A stretch of 64,000 nt of DNA, taken from positions 407 through 64,406 of the forward strand of contig CAXMQS010000049.1 in NCBI GenBank assembly GCA_964195995.1, given 5' to 3'. Source of the DNA: an uncultured Acidimicrobiia bacterium (GTDB lineage: Bacteria; Actinomycetota; Acidimicrobiia; Spongiisociales; JAOTWH01). The position numbers and the translations under genes were made by a program. Under the pieces are notes generated by a model. The model saw only the letters and a list, made by a program, of their open reading frames with translations, searched no databases and was not told where the DNA came from. Of the stretch, positions 17,447 through 25,990 are shown piece after piece; the first letter of the stretch is position 1, and each line of letters begins with the position of its first letter.

Positions 17447-18520
17447 ATGCCCCGATTCCGCGATGATCTCGACCGCATAGCGGCCTACAAGCCGGGAACG
17501 CCTATCGAGGAGGCGGCTCGCCAGCTGGGCATGGACGACATCGTCAAGCTGGCTTCCAACGAGTGCCCCCTTCCTCCGTTCCCAGAGGTGCAGCAAGCCA
17601 TCGCCAAGGCCGCAGCGACGGCGCACCGCTACCCGGACAACGACGCATCCGAGCTTCGTGCCGAGGTGGCCAAGTTCCTCTCGGTACCCCAGGAATCGAT
17701 CGTCTTCGGGACCGGCAGCGCCTCGCTGATGATGATCTCAGCGTTCGCATTTGGCGGCCCCGGACGCAGCATTGCCTATGGCTGGCCCAGCTTCGGCCTC
17801 TACCGCATCGCTGCCCGCACCAGCTTCTCCACTGAGATCGAAGTCCCGCTCACAGGCGATCACCGCTACGACCTCGAGGCGCTGGCCGAGGCCATTCGGC
17901 CCGACACCTCACTCGTGTACCTATGCAATCCCAACAACCCGACCGGCACCTACGTACCGCTGGCAGCTGTCGCCGATTTCATAGACGCCGTACCCGACGA
18001 TGTCGCGGTGATCGTCGACGAGGCGTACTACGAGTACGTGCAAGCACCGGACTTCGGAACCGCGCTGCCTATCGCTCTCGAGAGGGACAACGTGTTGGTC
18101 GCCCGCACCTTCTCCAAGGTCTACGGCCTCGCCGGCCTGCGGGTCGGTTATCTGGTCGGCGACCCGGCGACCATCTCCGAGCTGCGTCGGGTTCAGGTTC
18201 CCTTCTCGGTGTCGACGGTGGCACAGGCGGGAGCGACGGAGGCATTGCAGCATCAAGAGCGAGTGGCCGACCGCGTCCACGCCAACGCTGCAGCCCTCAA
18301 GGTCTTCGCCGATGAGCTCTCATCGCGCGGCTACGAATTCGCCGATAGCCAAACCAACTTTGTCTACATGCACCCAAGGGACCGCTCCGAAGACTTCCTC
18401 GCAGCCATGGCTCACAATGGCATCGTCGTCCGGCCCTTCGGTCAGGGCTGGATCCGGGTCACCTTTGGCTCGGAGCAAGAGAACGCTCGGTTCTTCGCGG
18501 CCCTCGACGAAGTCGGCTAG
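17447..18520 (+). CDS. hisC: histidinol-phosphate aminotransferase
   Basis: MPRFRDDLDRIAAYKPG...KLASNECP...NPNNPTG...RTFSKVYGLAGLRVGY are class II aminotransferase motifs. ATG 17447 lies inside track ORF 17405..18520. Confidence 0.88.
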   Translation: MPRFRDDLDRIAAYKPGTPIEEAARQLGMDDIVKLASNECPLPPFPEVQQAIAKAAATAHRYPDNDASELRAEVAKFLSVPQESIVFGTGSASLMMISAFAFGGPGRSIAYGWPSFGLYRIAARTSFSTEIEVPLTGDHRYDLEALAEAIRPDTSLVYLCNPNNPTGTYVPLAAVADFIDAVPDDVAVIVDEAYYEYVQAPDFGTALPIALERDNVLVARTFSKVYGLAGLRVGYLVGDPATISELRRVQVPFSVSTVAQAGATEALQHQERVADRVHANAAALKVFADELSSRGYEFADSQTNFVYMHPRDRSEDFLAAMAHNGIVVRPFGQGWIRVTFGSEQENARFFAALDEVG

Positions 18521-18526
18521 CGGTCT

Positions 18527-18628
18527 TTGGTCGAGATCGTGCCGTACAACGACGGCTGGCCTGACGAGTTCCAGGCCATCGCCGGGCTCTACCTGGCCGC
18601 GGTGGGATGGGCCAAGGAGGTTGGGTAA
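18527..18628 (+). pseudogene. N-terminal remnant of a GrpB-family gene (33 codons)
   Basis: (TTG)VEIVPYNDGWPDEFQAIAGLYLAAVGWAKEVG* resembles the conserved N-terminus of GrpB proteins (I-x-V-x-YDP-x-WP-x-x-F). It stops after 33 aa, whereas full-length members are about 170-190 aa. Confidence 0.35.
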
Positions 18629-18701
18629 CAGCAACAACCAACCGACGTCTGATTCTCCCCTGTTCGGTACTCCGAACCTTCGCCGATGGCTCGAACCGTG
18701 C

Positions 18702-20003
18702 CTAGCCCTCTTCTGCAGGAAAGATCGTGCCCTTGACCTCGCCGAAGCCGATCCTCGGTCGGCCGTCGCCACCGCAGCGGCCTCGCATCACAACGGTGTC
18801 GCCGTCTTCGAGGAACGTGCGACTGGCACCGCCGGCCAGCTCAATGGGGATATCGCCGTTCCAGGTCAACTCGATCAAGCTCCCGTAGCTTCCTGCATCA
18901 GGGCCGGAAACCGTTCCCGAGGCGAGCAGGTCTCCGGGGCGCATAGCAGCACCGTTGACCGTGGCGTGTGCCAGCTGCTGGGCGGCAGTCCAGTACATGT
19001 CGCGGAAGTTCACCCTCGAGATGATCTCGGGATCTCGTTCGTGCTCCATCATCTCGCGAGTGAGGAAGCCGACTTCCAGGTTCAGGTCGAGGCCCCAATC
19101 CTCTTCTGTCATCAGGTACAGCTGGACCGGGGGATCCTGTTCCGGGGCCGGAACCCGAAATGGCGCCAGCGCGTCCATGGACACCACCCAGGGCGCCACC
19201 GAGGTGGCGAAGGACTTGCCGAGGAAGGGGCCGAGCGGCTGATACTCGAAGGCCTGGATGTCGCGGGCCGACCAGTCGTTGACCAGCATCATGCCGAAGA
19301 TGTGATTGTGGGCGGCATCGGCACGGATGCGTGACCCCAAGTCGTTGCCAACGCCGACGACGAACCCAACCTCCAGCTCGAAGTCGAGTTTGCGGGTCGG
19401 GATCCACTGTGGTGGAGCGTCTCCCAACTTGACCTGACCGCGGGGTCGAACGATCGGCGTGCCGCTCGCCACGATGGTGCCGGACCGCCCGTGGTAGCCG
19501 ACAGGTAGATAGCGCCAGTTCGGAAGCAGTGGCTCGCCGTCGGGCCGGAACATCTTTCCGAGATTGGTGGCGTGTTCGAGAGAGGAGTAGAAGTCGATGA
19601 AGTCCGCGACGGCGAAGGGAAGCAGCATCTCCGTCTCGGGCTGCGGAACGAGGGCTTTCTCGGCCAACCCCCAGGTATCGCGGATCTCTCTGTTGTCGAA
19701 CGACAACAGCTCGGACACCCTTCGTCTGACCGCCTGCCACGTCGGCCTGCCCAGGGCCATGAACTGGTTGAGCGTCGAGTGGGCGAACACACCCCACGGC
19801 AGAGCCGCGTGCTTGTCGAAGAGGCCGGCGTCGGCGATGACATCTAGGTCGAGGATGCGGTTGCCGATGGCGACGCCGGCCCGAGCCCTATCGCCCGGCC
19901 GCCGGAAGATCCCATACGGCAGGTTCTGAATCGGGAACTCGGACTCCACAGGAACGGGGACCCACGAGCCAAGACCAGGGTCGATCGTTGGGTCCTCGAT
20001 CAC
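18702..20003 (-). CDS. fahA: fumarylacetoacetase
   Basis: ORF track 433 aa. N-terminal FAH domain (FPIQNLPYGIF) plus the C-terminal FAH fold. GTG start overlaps the upstream stop (GTGA). Confidence 0.93.
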   Translation of the reverse strand: MIEDPTIDPGLGSWVPVPVESEFPIQNLPYGIFRRPGDRARAGVAIGNRILDLDVIADAGLFDKHAALPWGVFAHSTLNQFMALGRPTWQAVRRRVSELLSFDNREIRDTWGLAEKALVPQPETEMLLPFAVADFIDFYSSLEHATNLGKMFRPDGEPLLPNWRYLPVGYHGRSGTIVASGTPIVRPRGQVKLGDAPPQWIPTRKLDFELEVGFVVGVGNDLGSRIRADAAHNHIFGMMLVNDWSARDIQAFEYQPLGPFLGKSFATSVAPWVVSMDALAPFRVPAPEQDPPVQLYLMTEEDWGLDLNLEVGFLTREMMEHERDPEIISRVNFRDMYWTAAQQLAHATVNGAAMRPGDLLASGTVSGPDAGSYGSLIELTWNGDIPIELAGGASRTFLEDGDTVVMRGRCGGDGRPRIGFGEVKGTIFPAEEG

Positions 20004-20914
20004 GGGAGCATCCCAAGCTCAACGAGGTCCGCAACGGGCTCTTCGAAGTCGCAACTGCCGTACCCAACGAACCCGGCTGCCCTCGAAGATGTGATCGAGT
20101 CCTCCCTGAAAGCGCGACCTCGCCAACTGAAGCCCGACCGACTAACGGCGAAGGAACTGGGGTCGTCGTCGGTGAGGATGTCGACCAGATCGTCTCTCCC
20201 CTCGAAGGCACTCAGCGAGGCGGCGAGGATGTTGAGGAAGCCGTGATGGACGAAGCCGGTGTCGTCCGCAACGTGACGAACCGGGTGATGGAGCCCTGCC
20301 GTGCACTTGAAGGGCAAGCTGCGGGCCACGCAGCCAACGATGAAGGCGGCGACGCGGTCCGGCGATGGAAACTGGTCGGCGGTCTCCCCACCGCACCGCA
20401 ACTTGGCGCCGATGGCGACATCTCGTTGCCGGCGAGCCGCGGCGATGGCATCGATCGGCAGTTCGTCGGGGGGCATCTCGAAGAAGGCGACGGCGCCCAT
20501 GGAGGCGAACTCGACGGAGGCATCTCCGACGTCGATATCTGCGGGTTGTGATGGCAGCTTGGCCTCGACGAGCTCAACGGAGCTCGCCGTCGCCATCTCC
20601 GCCGAGTAGCCAGCAATGGCACGGTGCGTCTCTCTGAACGAAGGGAACTCGCCAAGGTCGGCGATAACGCTGAGACGCCACGGCCCTTCGCCGGCCGACA
20701 TCGAGCTCGACAGCTCCGAACCGAGCTCCTCGAGCCGAGAAGCGGGGACGATGAAGCGATCGACAATCCAGTTGAAGGAGGACCGCCTGCTGGCGCGAAA
20801 GCCGGCGACGGCACCCGCCATGTCAAGACTGGCAGGGGGGAAGAGCCCGGCGTAGTCGATAAGGCCACCGAAGACGATGCGCCTTGCATCCTCGATGTTG
20901 ACCGGGGTGCTCAC
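20000..20914 (-). CDS. conserved-looking hypothetical protein, translationally coupled to fahA
   Basis: ORF track 304 aa. Motifs noted: GLIDYAGLFPPASL, KLRCGG, FKCTAGLHHPVRH, HHGFLN. No family recognised. Confidence 0.65.
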   Translation of the reverse strand: MSTPVNIEDARRIVFGGLIDYAGLFPPASLDMAGAVAGFRASRRSSFNWIVDRFIVPASRLEELGSELSSSMSAGEGPWRLSVIADLGEFPSFRETHRAIAGYSAEMATASSVELVEAKLPSQPADIDVGDASVEFASMGAVAFFEMPPDELPIDAIAAARRQRDVAIGAKLRCGGETADQFPSPDRVAAFIVGCVARSLPFKCTAGLHHPVRHVADDTGFVHHGFLNILAASLSAFEGRDDLVDILTDDDPSSFAVSRSGFSWRGRAFREDSITSSRAAGFVGYGSCDFEEPVADLVELGMLP

Positions 20915-20981
20915 CGGCTGAGGCTACCGCCACCGTCCACCTCCAAGGGGCGCTGGGTACACTTGCCCCAGGGAGGTGCCA

Positions 20982-22097
20982 ATGGACAACGAGACACTCG
21001 AACGAGCCAAGGATCACGCCGCGATGGACCCGTTCCCCATCAAGGGGTTCTCCTACCTCGAGTGGTACGTCGGCAACGCCTACCAGACGGCCCACTTCCT
21101 GCGGACCGCCCTCGGCTTCTCCGTGATCGGCTATCGCGGGCCCGAGACCGGTGTCCGCGACGTCGTCTCCTACCTGTGCGCCTCCGACCAGATCCGCTTC
21201 GTTGTCAGCGCCGCCCTCAGCCCCGACCACCCGATCGCCGAGCACGTCAAAGAACACGGTCCAGGCGTCCACGATGTCGCCTTTGCAGTACCGGACGCGG
21301 CCGCCGCCTACGAGATGGCCACGGCCCGAGGTGCCGAGTCTGCCTACGAGCCCATGATCCTCGAGACGGAACGCGGCAAGGCGCAGATGGCAGGCATCAA
21401 GGCCTACGGCGAGACCATCCACTCGCTCGTCACCCTTGACGGCGAGCTGCCCGACTTCGAGCCCCGCAACGACGAGCTGGCCAAGTGGACCGGCCTCAAG
21501 TTCGTCGACCACGTTGTCGCCAATGTCGACTGGGGCCAGATGAACCGCTGGGTCGATTACTACGCGCAGATCTTCGGCTTCACCATGCTGCGCCACTTCG
21601 ACGACGAGGACATCTCGACGGAGTATTCGGCGCTCATGTCGAAGGTCGTGTGGGACGGAACCGGCATCATCAAGCTGCCGATCAACGAGCCGGCCGAGGG
21701 AAAGAGGAAGTCCCAGATCCAGGAGTACGTCGAGTTCTATCGAGGCGCCGGGGTCCAACACATCGCTATGGCCACAGACAACGTCCTCGACACGGTTGAG
21801 CAACTGCAGGCGAACGGCCTGGACGTGCTGGCGGTACCCGCCACCTACTACGACGATCTGCGCAAGCGCATGCCGGATCTCGATGTCGACTGGGACCGCA
21901 TGGAAAAGCTCAAGGTCCTTGCCGACGAAGACGAGGGCGGCCAGCTACTTCAGCTGTTCTCCAGGATGCTGCAGGACCGCCCAACAGTGTTCTTCGAGTT
22001 CATCGAGCGCCGCGGCGCAACCGGGTTCGGCGAAGGCAACTTCAAGGCACTGTTCGAGGCGATCGAGCGGGAGCAGGCGCTGCGGGGCAACCTCTGA
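20982..22097 (+). CDS. hppD: 4-hydroxyphenylpyruvate dioxygenase
   Basis: ORF track 373 aa (from GTG 20976). Two VOC modules and the C-terminal FFEFIERRG...GFGEGNFKALFEAIE signature. ATG 20982 preferred because GGGAGG lies 5 nt upstream. Confidence 0.93.
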   Translation: MDNETLERAKDHAAMDPFPIKGFSYLEWYVGNAYQTAHFLRTALGFSVIGYRGPETGVRDVVSYLCASDQIRFVVSAALSPDHPIAEHVKEHGPGVHDVAFAVPDAAAAYEMATARGAESAYEPMILETERGKAQMAGIKAYGETIHSLVTLDGELPDFEPRNDELAKWTGLKFVDHVVANVDWGQMNRWVDYYAQIFGFTMLRHFDDEDISTEYSALMSKVVWDGTGIIKLPINEPAEGKRKSQIQEYVEFYRGAGVQHIAMATDNVLDTVEQLQANGLDVLAVPATYYDDLRKRMPDLDVDWDRMEKLKVLADEDEGGQLLQLFSRMLQDRPTVFFEFIERRGATGFGEGNFKALFEAIEREQALRGNL

Positions 22098-22987
22098 GCC
22101 GCAGCATCGAGATCGTCGAGGTCGGGCCTCGCGACGGCCTGCAGAGCGAAGCCACGATCCTCCCGGTAGCCGATCGTGTCGAACTCATCGGCCAGTTGGT
22201 GGAAGCCGGAGCAACTCGCATCGAGGCCGCCAGCTTCGTTCATCCGACCAAGGTGCCACAGATGGCGAATGCCGAAGAAGTCGTCGCGGCCCTCCCCGAC
22301 CTGAACACCGTTACCTACATCGGCCTCGTGATGAACCACCGCGGGCTGGAGCGAGCGTTGGAGACCAAAGTTGGCGAGGTGAACTTCGTCGTCCCGGCGT
22401 CCGACGGTTACGCCAAATCCAACCAGGGCATGACCACCGACGCTGCTGCTGACATGGCGGCAGAACTCATAGGCACCGCTCACGACGCCGGTCGCAAGGC
22501 GGGGGTGACGATCTCGGTGGCCTGGGGCGACCCATACGACGGCCGGGTGTCCATCGACAGGATCACGGAACTGGCCAGACGGCTGGCCGAAGCCGGCGCC
22601 GACGACCTGGTACTCGGCGACACCATCGGAGTCGCCGTGCCGGCATCCGTACGCGAAGTTGTTGATGCGGTTCACCATGTGTCCGGTGGTGCCCCCATCC
22701 GTTGCCACTTCCACAACACGCGCAACACCGGCTACGCCAACGCCATCGCCGCCATCGATGCCGGTGTCAGGGGGCTCGACGCCGCGGTCGGCGGATACGG
22801 CGGCAGCCCTTTCACTCCCGACGCCGGCGGCAATATCGCCACCGAGGACGTCGTGCACATGCTCGACGGCTCGAGCATCGCCACCGGCCTCGACGCCACC
22901 AAGCTGATCGAGGTAGCGCAGTGGCTGTCTGCCAAGTTGGGCTCGCCTCACAAATCCATGCTGCCGCAGGCCGGCGTTTTCCCGTGA
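22094..22987 (+). CDS. hydroxymethylglutaryl-CoA lyase-like (HMGL/DRE-TIM family) protein; 5' end uncertain, non-canonical start likely
   Basis: The track ORF starts at TTG 22196, but the same frame reads LSRSIEIVEVGPRDGLQSEATILPVADRVELIGQL from 22094. That includes the conserved VGPRDGLQ active-site region. There is no ATG, GTG or TTG between the frame stop at 21797 and 22196. Confidence 0.8.
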   Translation: MSRSIEIVEVGPRDGLQSEATILPVADRVELIGQLVEAGATRIEAASFVHPTKVPQMANAEEVVAALPDLNTVTYIGLVMNHRGLERALETKVGEVNFVVPASDGYAKSNQGMTTDAAADMAAELIGTAHDAGRKAGVTISVAWGDPYDGRVSIDRITELARRLAEAGADDLVLGDTIGVAVPASVREVVDAVHHVSGGAPIRCHFHNTRNTGYANAIAAIDAGVRGLDAAVGGYGGSPFTPDAGGNIATEDVVHMLDGSSIATGLDATKLIEVAQWLSAKLGSPHKSMLPQAGVFP

Positions 22988-24204
22988 GAGCCGCGGTGGT
23001 CGCTCTCGTCGCTGCCGCCGTACTTTTGGGAGCCTGTGGGGATACCGCAGAGCCGCGCGAGTACATCGAGCCCGTCCCCTTCGATCCGGTTACGGATCTG
23101 GTCGACTCGACGACGACCGGGCTTCCACCAAACACGACACCCGCCGTCATTGCCTCCGATTGGGCTAGGACTCAGTTGACCGACCTTGTGGAGGCGTTTG
23201 AACTAATCGATGTGCCAAGGGAGGCCTGGGATGACTTCGCGCTGGCAGGCTGTGACGAGGGGATCTGGGATCGTGGAGTCAACTTCGCGTTGGCAGAAGA
23301 CTTCTCGATCCTCCCCTTCTCGTCACTCGACGCGATAGCCGACGACCAGATCCTCGTCGCCGAGTTGATGTGGTTGAACGCGGTTGGCCTATGCGGCGAC
23401 CAGTTCCCTGCCGGGGCCGTGGATCGCGGCCCTCCGTTCTCGTACGAGTTCCCGAGGTGCCGACACCCACTCGAGCTGTGGGCGCTTCCTTGGTCCCCCG
23501 AGGTCACCGGTGCCGATAGTGGCGAGGATCACAGCCTTGGCCTCACCTTCAGCATCTGGGCCGACAACGACAACACGCTCGAGATCATCCAGGGGGCAGA
23601 TCCGAGCTTCGACGACGCCCACCGGACCGGTACCGCCATCGGCGACATCAACGGCAATCCAGCCGTTTCGTTTGGAGATGGGGAACGGATCCAGGTGATG
23701 TGGCGCGAGAGCGAATGGCATTGCGGGGCATTCCGCATGGAATTTTCCCCGGTGCCCGAGACCGACGACCTGGCGGGACTCATAGAGGATTTGTTGACGC
23801 CGCCTGGTGGCTTCTTAGGAAACCTTGCCGAAGAACGAATGTCGGCTGCAATAGACCTGATCGAAGGCTACGAAGACCTCGGCGGCGAGCCGTCGCACGG
23901 CGGGCGGGACGCCGTGTACTCCTTCGGCGATGCCACCGGATGGTTCGATGTTCGAGCAGCTCCCATCGAGGACGAGGACCCAACCACCCCCCAGATCACA
24001 GACACCATCGAGGCGGGCGGCGTGAGCTACGAGCTGTTCTACGACGACCAGGGCAGCCTCGTCGTCACCCGCGGCGTGACCTGGCGAACCGACGAATACC
24101 GGATCACCGTCCGGTCGGAGCCAGGTGACGAGCGACTCATGGACTTCGCTCTGGAATTCCACCGCGCCTGGATGGCGGCGGAACCGGGAGGGACGGAGGG
24201 CTAG
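22984..24204 (+). CDS. hypothetical lipoprotein
   Basis: GTG 22984 (GTGA overlap with the upstream stop). VRAAVVALVAAAVLLGACGDT is a signal peptide plus lipobox. The first 94 aa of track ORF 22702..24204 overlap the HMGL-like gene. No family recognised. Confidence 0.6.
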   Translation: MRAAVVALVAAAVLLGACGDTAEPREYIEPVPFDPVTDLVDSTTTGLPPNTTPAVIASDWARTQLTDLVEAFELIDVPREAWDDFALAGCDEGIWDRGVNFALAEDFSILPFSSLDAIADDQILVAELMWLNAVGLCGDQFPAGAVDRGPPFSYEFPRCRHPLELWALPWSPEVTGADSGEDHSLGLTFSIWADNDNTLEIIQGADPSFDDAHRTGTAIGDINGNPAVSFGDGERIQVMWRESEWHCGAFRMEFSPVPETDDLAGLIEDLLTPPGGFLGNLAEERMSAAIDLIEGYEDLGGEPSHGGRDAVYSFGDATGWFDVRAAPIEDEDPTTPQITDTIEAGGVSYELFYDDQGSLVVTRGVTWRTDEYRITVRSEPGDERLMDFALEFHRAWMAAEPGGTEG

Positions 24205-24968
24205 GAGTCCCGCGGCAGCACTAACAACCCGTCGCGCTCGGGATGGGGGTGCACCGAGAGCGGCTGCCTATAAACCGTCGACAGCACCTCGGCGTTGAGC
24301 ACTTCTTCGGGAGAACCAAGCGAAACCAGGCGGCCCTCCTGCATGAGAGCCATGCGATCTGCATGCCGAGCCGCCAGGTTGAGGTCATGGAGAACCACCA
24401 GACAACCGGCGCCATCTGCTGCCGCCTGGCGTAGCAGTCTCATGGTGAGAAGCTCGTGGCGCACGTCCATGGCCGACACCGGCTCGTCGAGCACGATGAG
24501 CGGAGCCTCTTGCACCAGGACCCGCGCCAGGTTGACCCGCGCCTGCTCACCGCCGGACAGCACCGGATAGAAGCTGTTCGTCAGGTGGGCGGTGTCGGTC
24601 TGATCCATCATCGCTTGGCACGCTGCCAGGTCAGTCTCCCGATCGGTCTCGAGCGGGAACCTGCCCATAGCGACGACTTCAAACGCCCGGAAAGGAAAGC
24701 GCACGGTCGTCTGCTGAGGCAGAACCGCCCGCCGGCGCGCCGCCTCGAGAGCGTTGAGGCTGCCGATCTCTCCCCCACCGAGCCGGATAGAGCCCGAGTG
24801 GGCATCGGCCTCGCCTGACACGAGGCGCACCGTCGTGGTCTTGCCGGCACCGTTGGGGCCGACCAATGCGACGATCTCGCCCGGATCGACGCCAAGCGTC
24901 AAGTCGTCAACCAGGTTGCGCGACCCAACTCGATAGCTCACGCCCACAAGGTCGAGCAGCGCCGTCAT
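24201..24968 (-). CDS. iron-chelate/hemin-type ABC transporter ATP-binding protein (FecE/HmuV-like)
   Basis: MTALLDLVGVSYRV...GPNGAGKTT...LSGGEQ...LDEP motifs. ATG 24968 forms an ATGA overlap with the permease stop. The 537-aa track ORF is an artefactual extension. Confidence 0.88.
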   Translation of the reverse strand: MTALLDLVGVSYRVGSRNLVDDLTLGVDPGEIVALVGPNGAGKTTTVRLVSGEADAHSGSIRLGGGEIGSLNALEAARRRAVLPQQTTVRFPFRAFEVVAMGRFPLETDRETDLAACQAMMDQTDTAHLTNSFYPVLSGGEQARVNLARVLVQEAPLIVLDEPVSAMDVRHELLTMRLLRQAAADGAGCLVVLHDLNLAARHADRMALMQEGRLVSLGSPEEVLNAEVLSTVYRQPLSVHPHPERDGLLVLPRDS

Positions 24969-25990
24969 CCCCATTCCCCATACTCGGCTCGGGTTCGCCG
25001 CAGTAGCCACAGGAAGAGGGGGCCACCGACGATGGCGGTGACTACACCAAGCGGAGCCTCGGTGGGGGTTGCGACCGTGCGGGCGACAAGATCTGCGGCC
25101 ATCACGAAGATGGCACCAGCGGCAGCGGACGCCAACACCAAGCGCCGGTGAGCGGGGCCGAGAACGGCTCGCACCGCGTGAGGCGCCACCAGGCCCACGA
25201 AGCCAACAATGCCGGCAGCAGCGACCGCGGCACCGGTCAACAACGAGATAGCTCCAAGAGCGAACAGCCGCACCTGCTTCACATCGACGCCAAGATGCGC
25301 CGCCTCTCTTTCGCCGAGCAACAACAGATCGAGCCGAGCGGCCAGGAACGGGAGGACCGCAAGGCCGACGCCGACTATCCCCGAAGTGATGGCGAGCTCC
25401 CTCCAGGTGGCACCAGACAAGGCACCGAGGAGCCAGAAAGACGCAGATCGCAGCTCGTCGCTGTCGACAACCACGGCGACGAGGCCAACCACCGCGGCGG
25501 TGACGGCCGCCAACGCCACTCCGGCGAGCACCAACGTGGCCACCTCGGTCCGCCCGTGGTAGCGAGCAACGACAACAAGCAGCCACAGCGCCAGCGCCGC
25601 ACCGATGACGCCTCCCACGGGCGCGGCCGCTCCGCTGGCTGCTCCAATCGAAGCGACCGCGATGACGGCACCGGTTGCCGCTCCGCCGGAGATTCCAAGG
25701 ATCTGCGCCTCGCCAAGCGGGTTGCGAAACGCCGCCTGCAGCGTCATGCCGGCGACGCCGAGCCCAGCGCCGATGACCGCTGCGAGGAGTACCCGGGGAA
25801 GTCTGATCGACCACACCACGGCGTCGTCGCTGGCGGTGTAATCAACGCCAAGGTCGACCCCGAGGTGATCGGCCAGCACTGCAACCACTCGCGTCGGAGA
25901 GATGGAGAAGGCTCCCATTGCCAGGTTGGCGACCAGCAGGGCCAGCAGCCCGGCCCCAAGAGCGATCCATAACCAGCGGAGACGTTGCAC
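24965..25990 (-). CDS. FecCD-family iron-chelate ABC transporter permease
   Basis: ORF track 341 aa. About 9-10 TM with typical FecCD sequence (RLPRVLLAAVIGAGLGVAG...GPLFLWLL). Confidence 0.88.
   Translation of the reverse strand: MQRLRWLWIALGAGLLALLVANLAMGAFSISPTRVVAVLADHLGVDLGVDYTASDDAVVWSIRLPRVLLAAVIGAGLGVAGMTLQAAFRNPLGEAQILGISGGAATGAVIAVASIGAASGAAAPVGGVIGAALALWLLVVVARYHGRTEVATLVLAGVALAAVTAAVVGLVAVVVDSDELRSASFWLLGALSGATWRELAITSGIVGVGLAVLPFLAARLDLLLLGEREAAHLGVDVKQVRLFALGAISLLTGAAVAAAGIVGFVGLVAPHAVRAVLGPAHRRLVLASAAAGAIFVMAADLVARTVATPTEAPLGVVTAIVGGPLFLWLLRRTRAEYGEWG

Noticed and set aside
24969-25814. The 537-aa ORF that extends the ABC ATPase gene upstream.
   Set aside because: The extension is Arg/Gly/Cys-rich low-complexity sequence read out of frame across the FecCD permease gene. 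The ATGA-coupled ATG 24968 gives a normal 255-aa ATPase.
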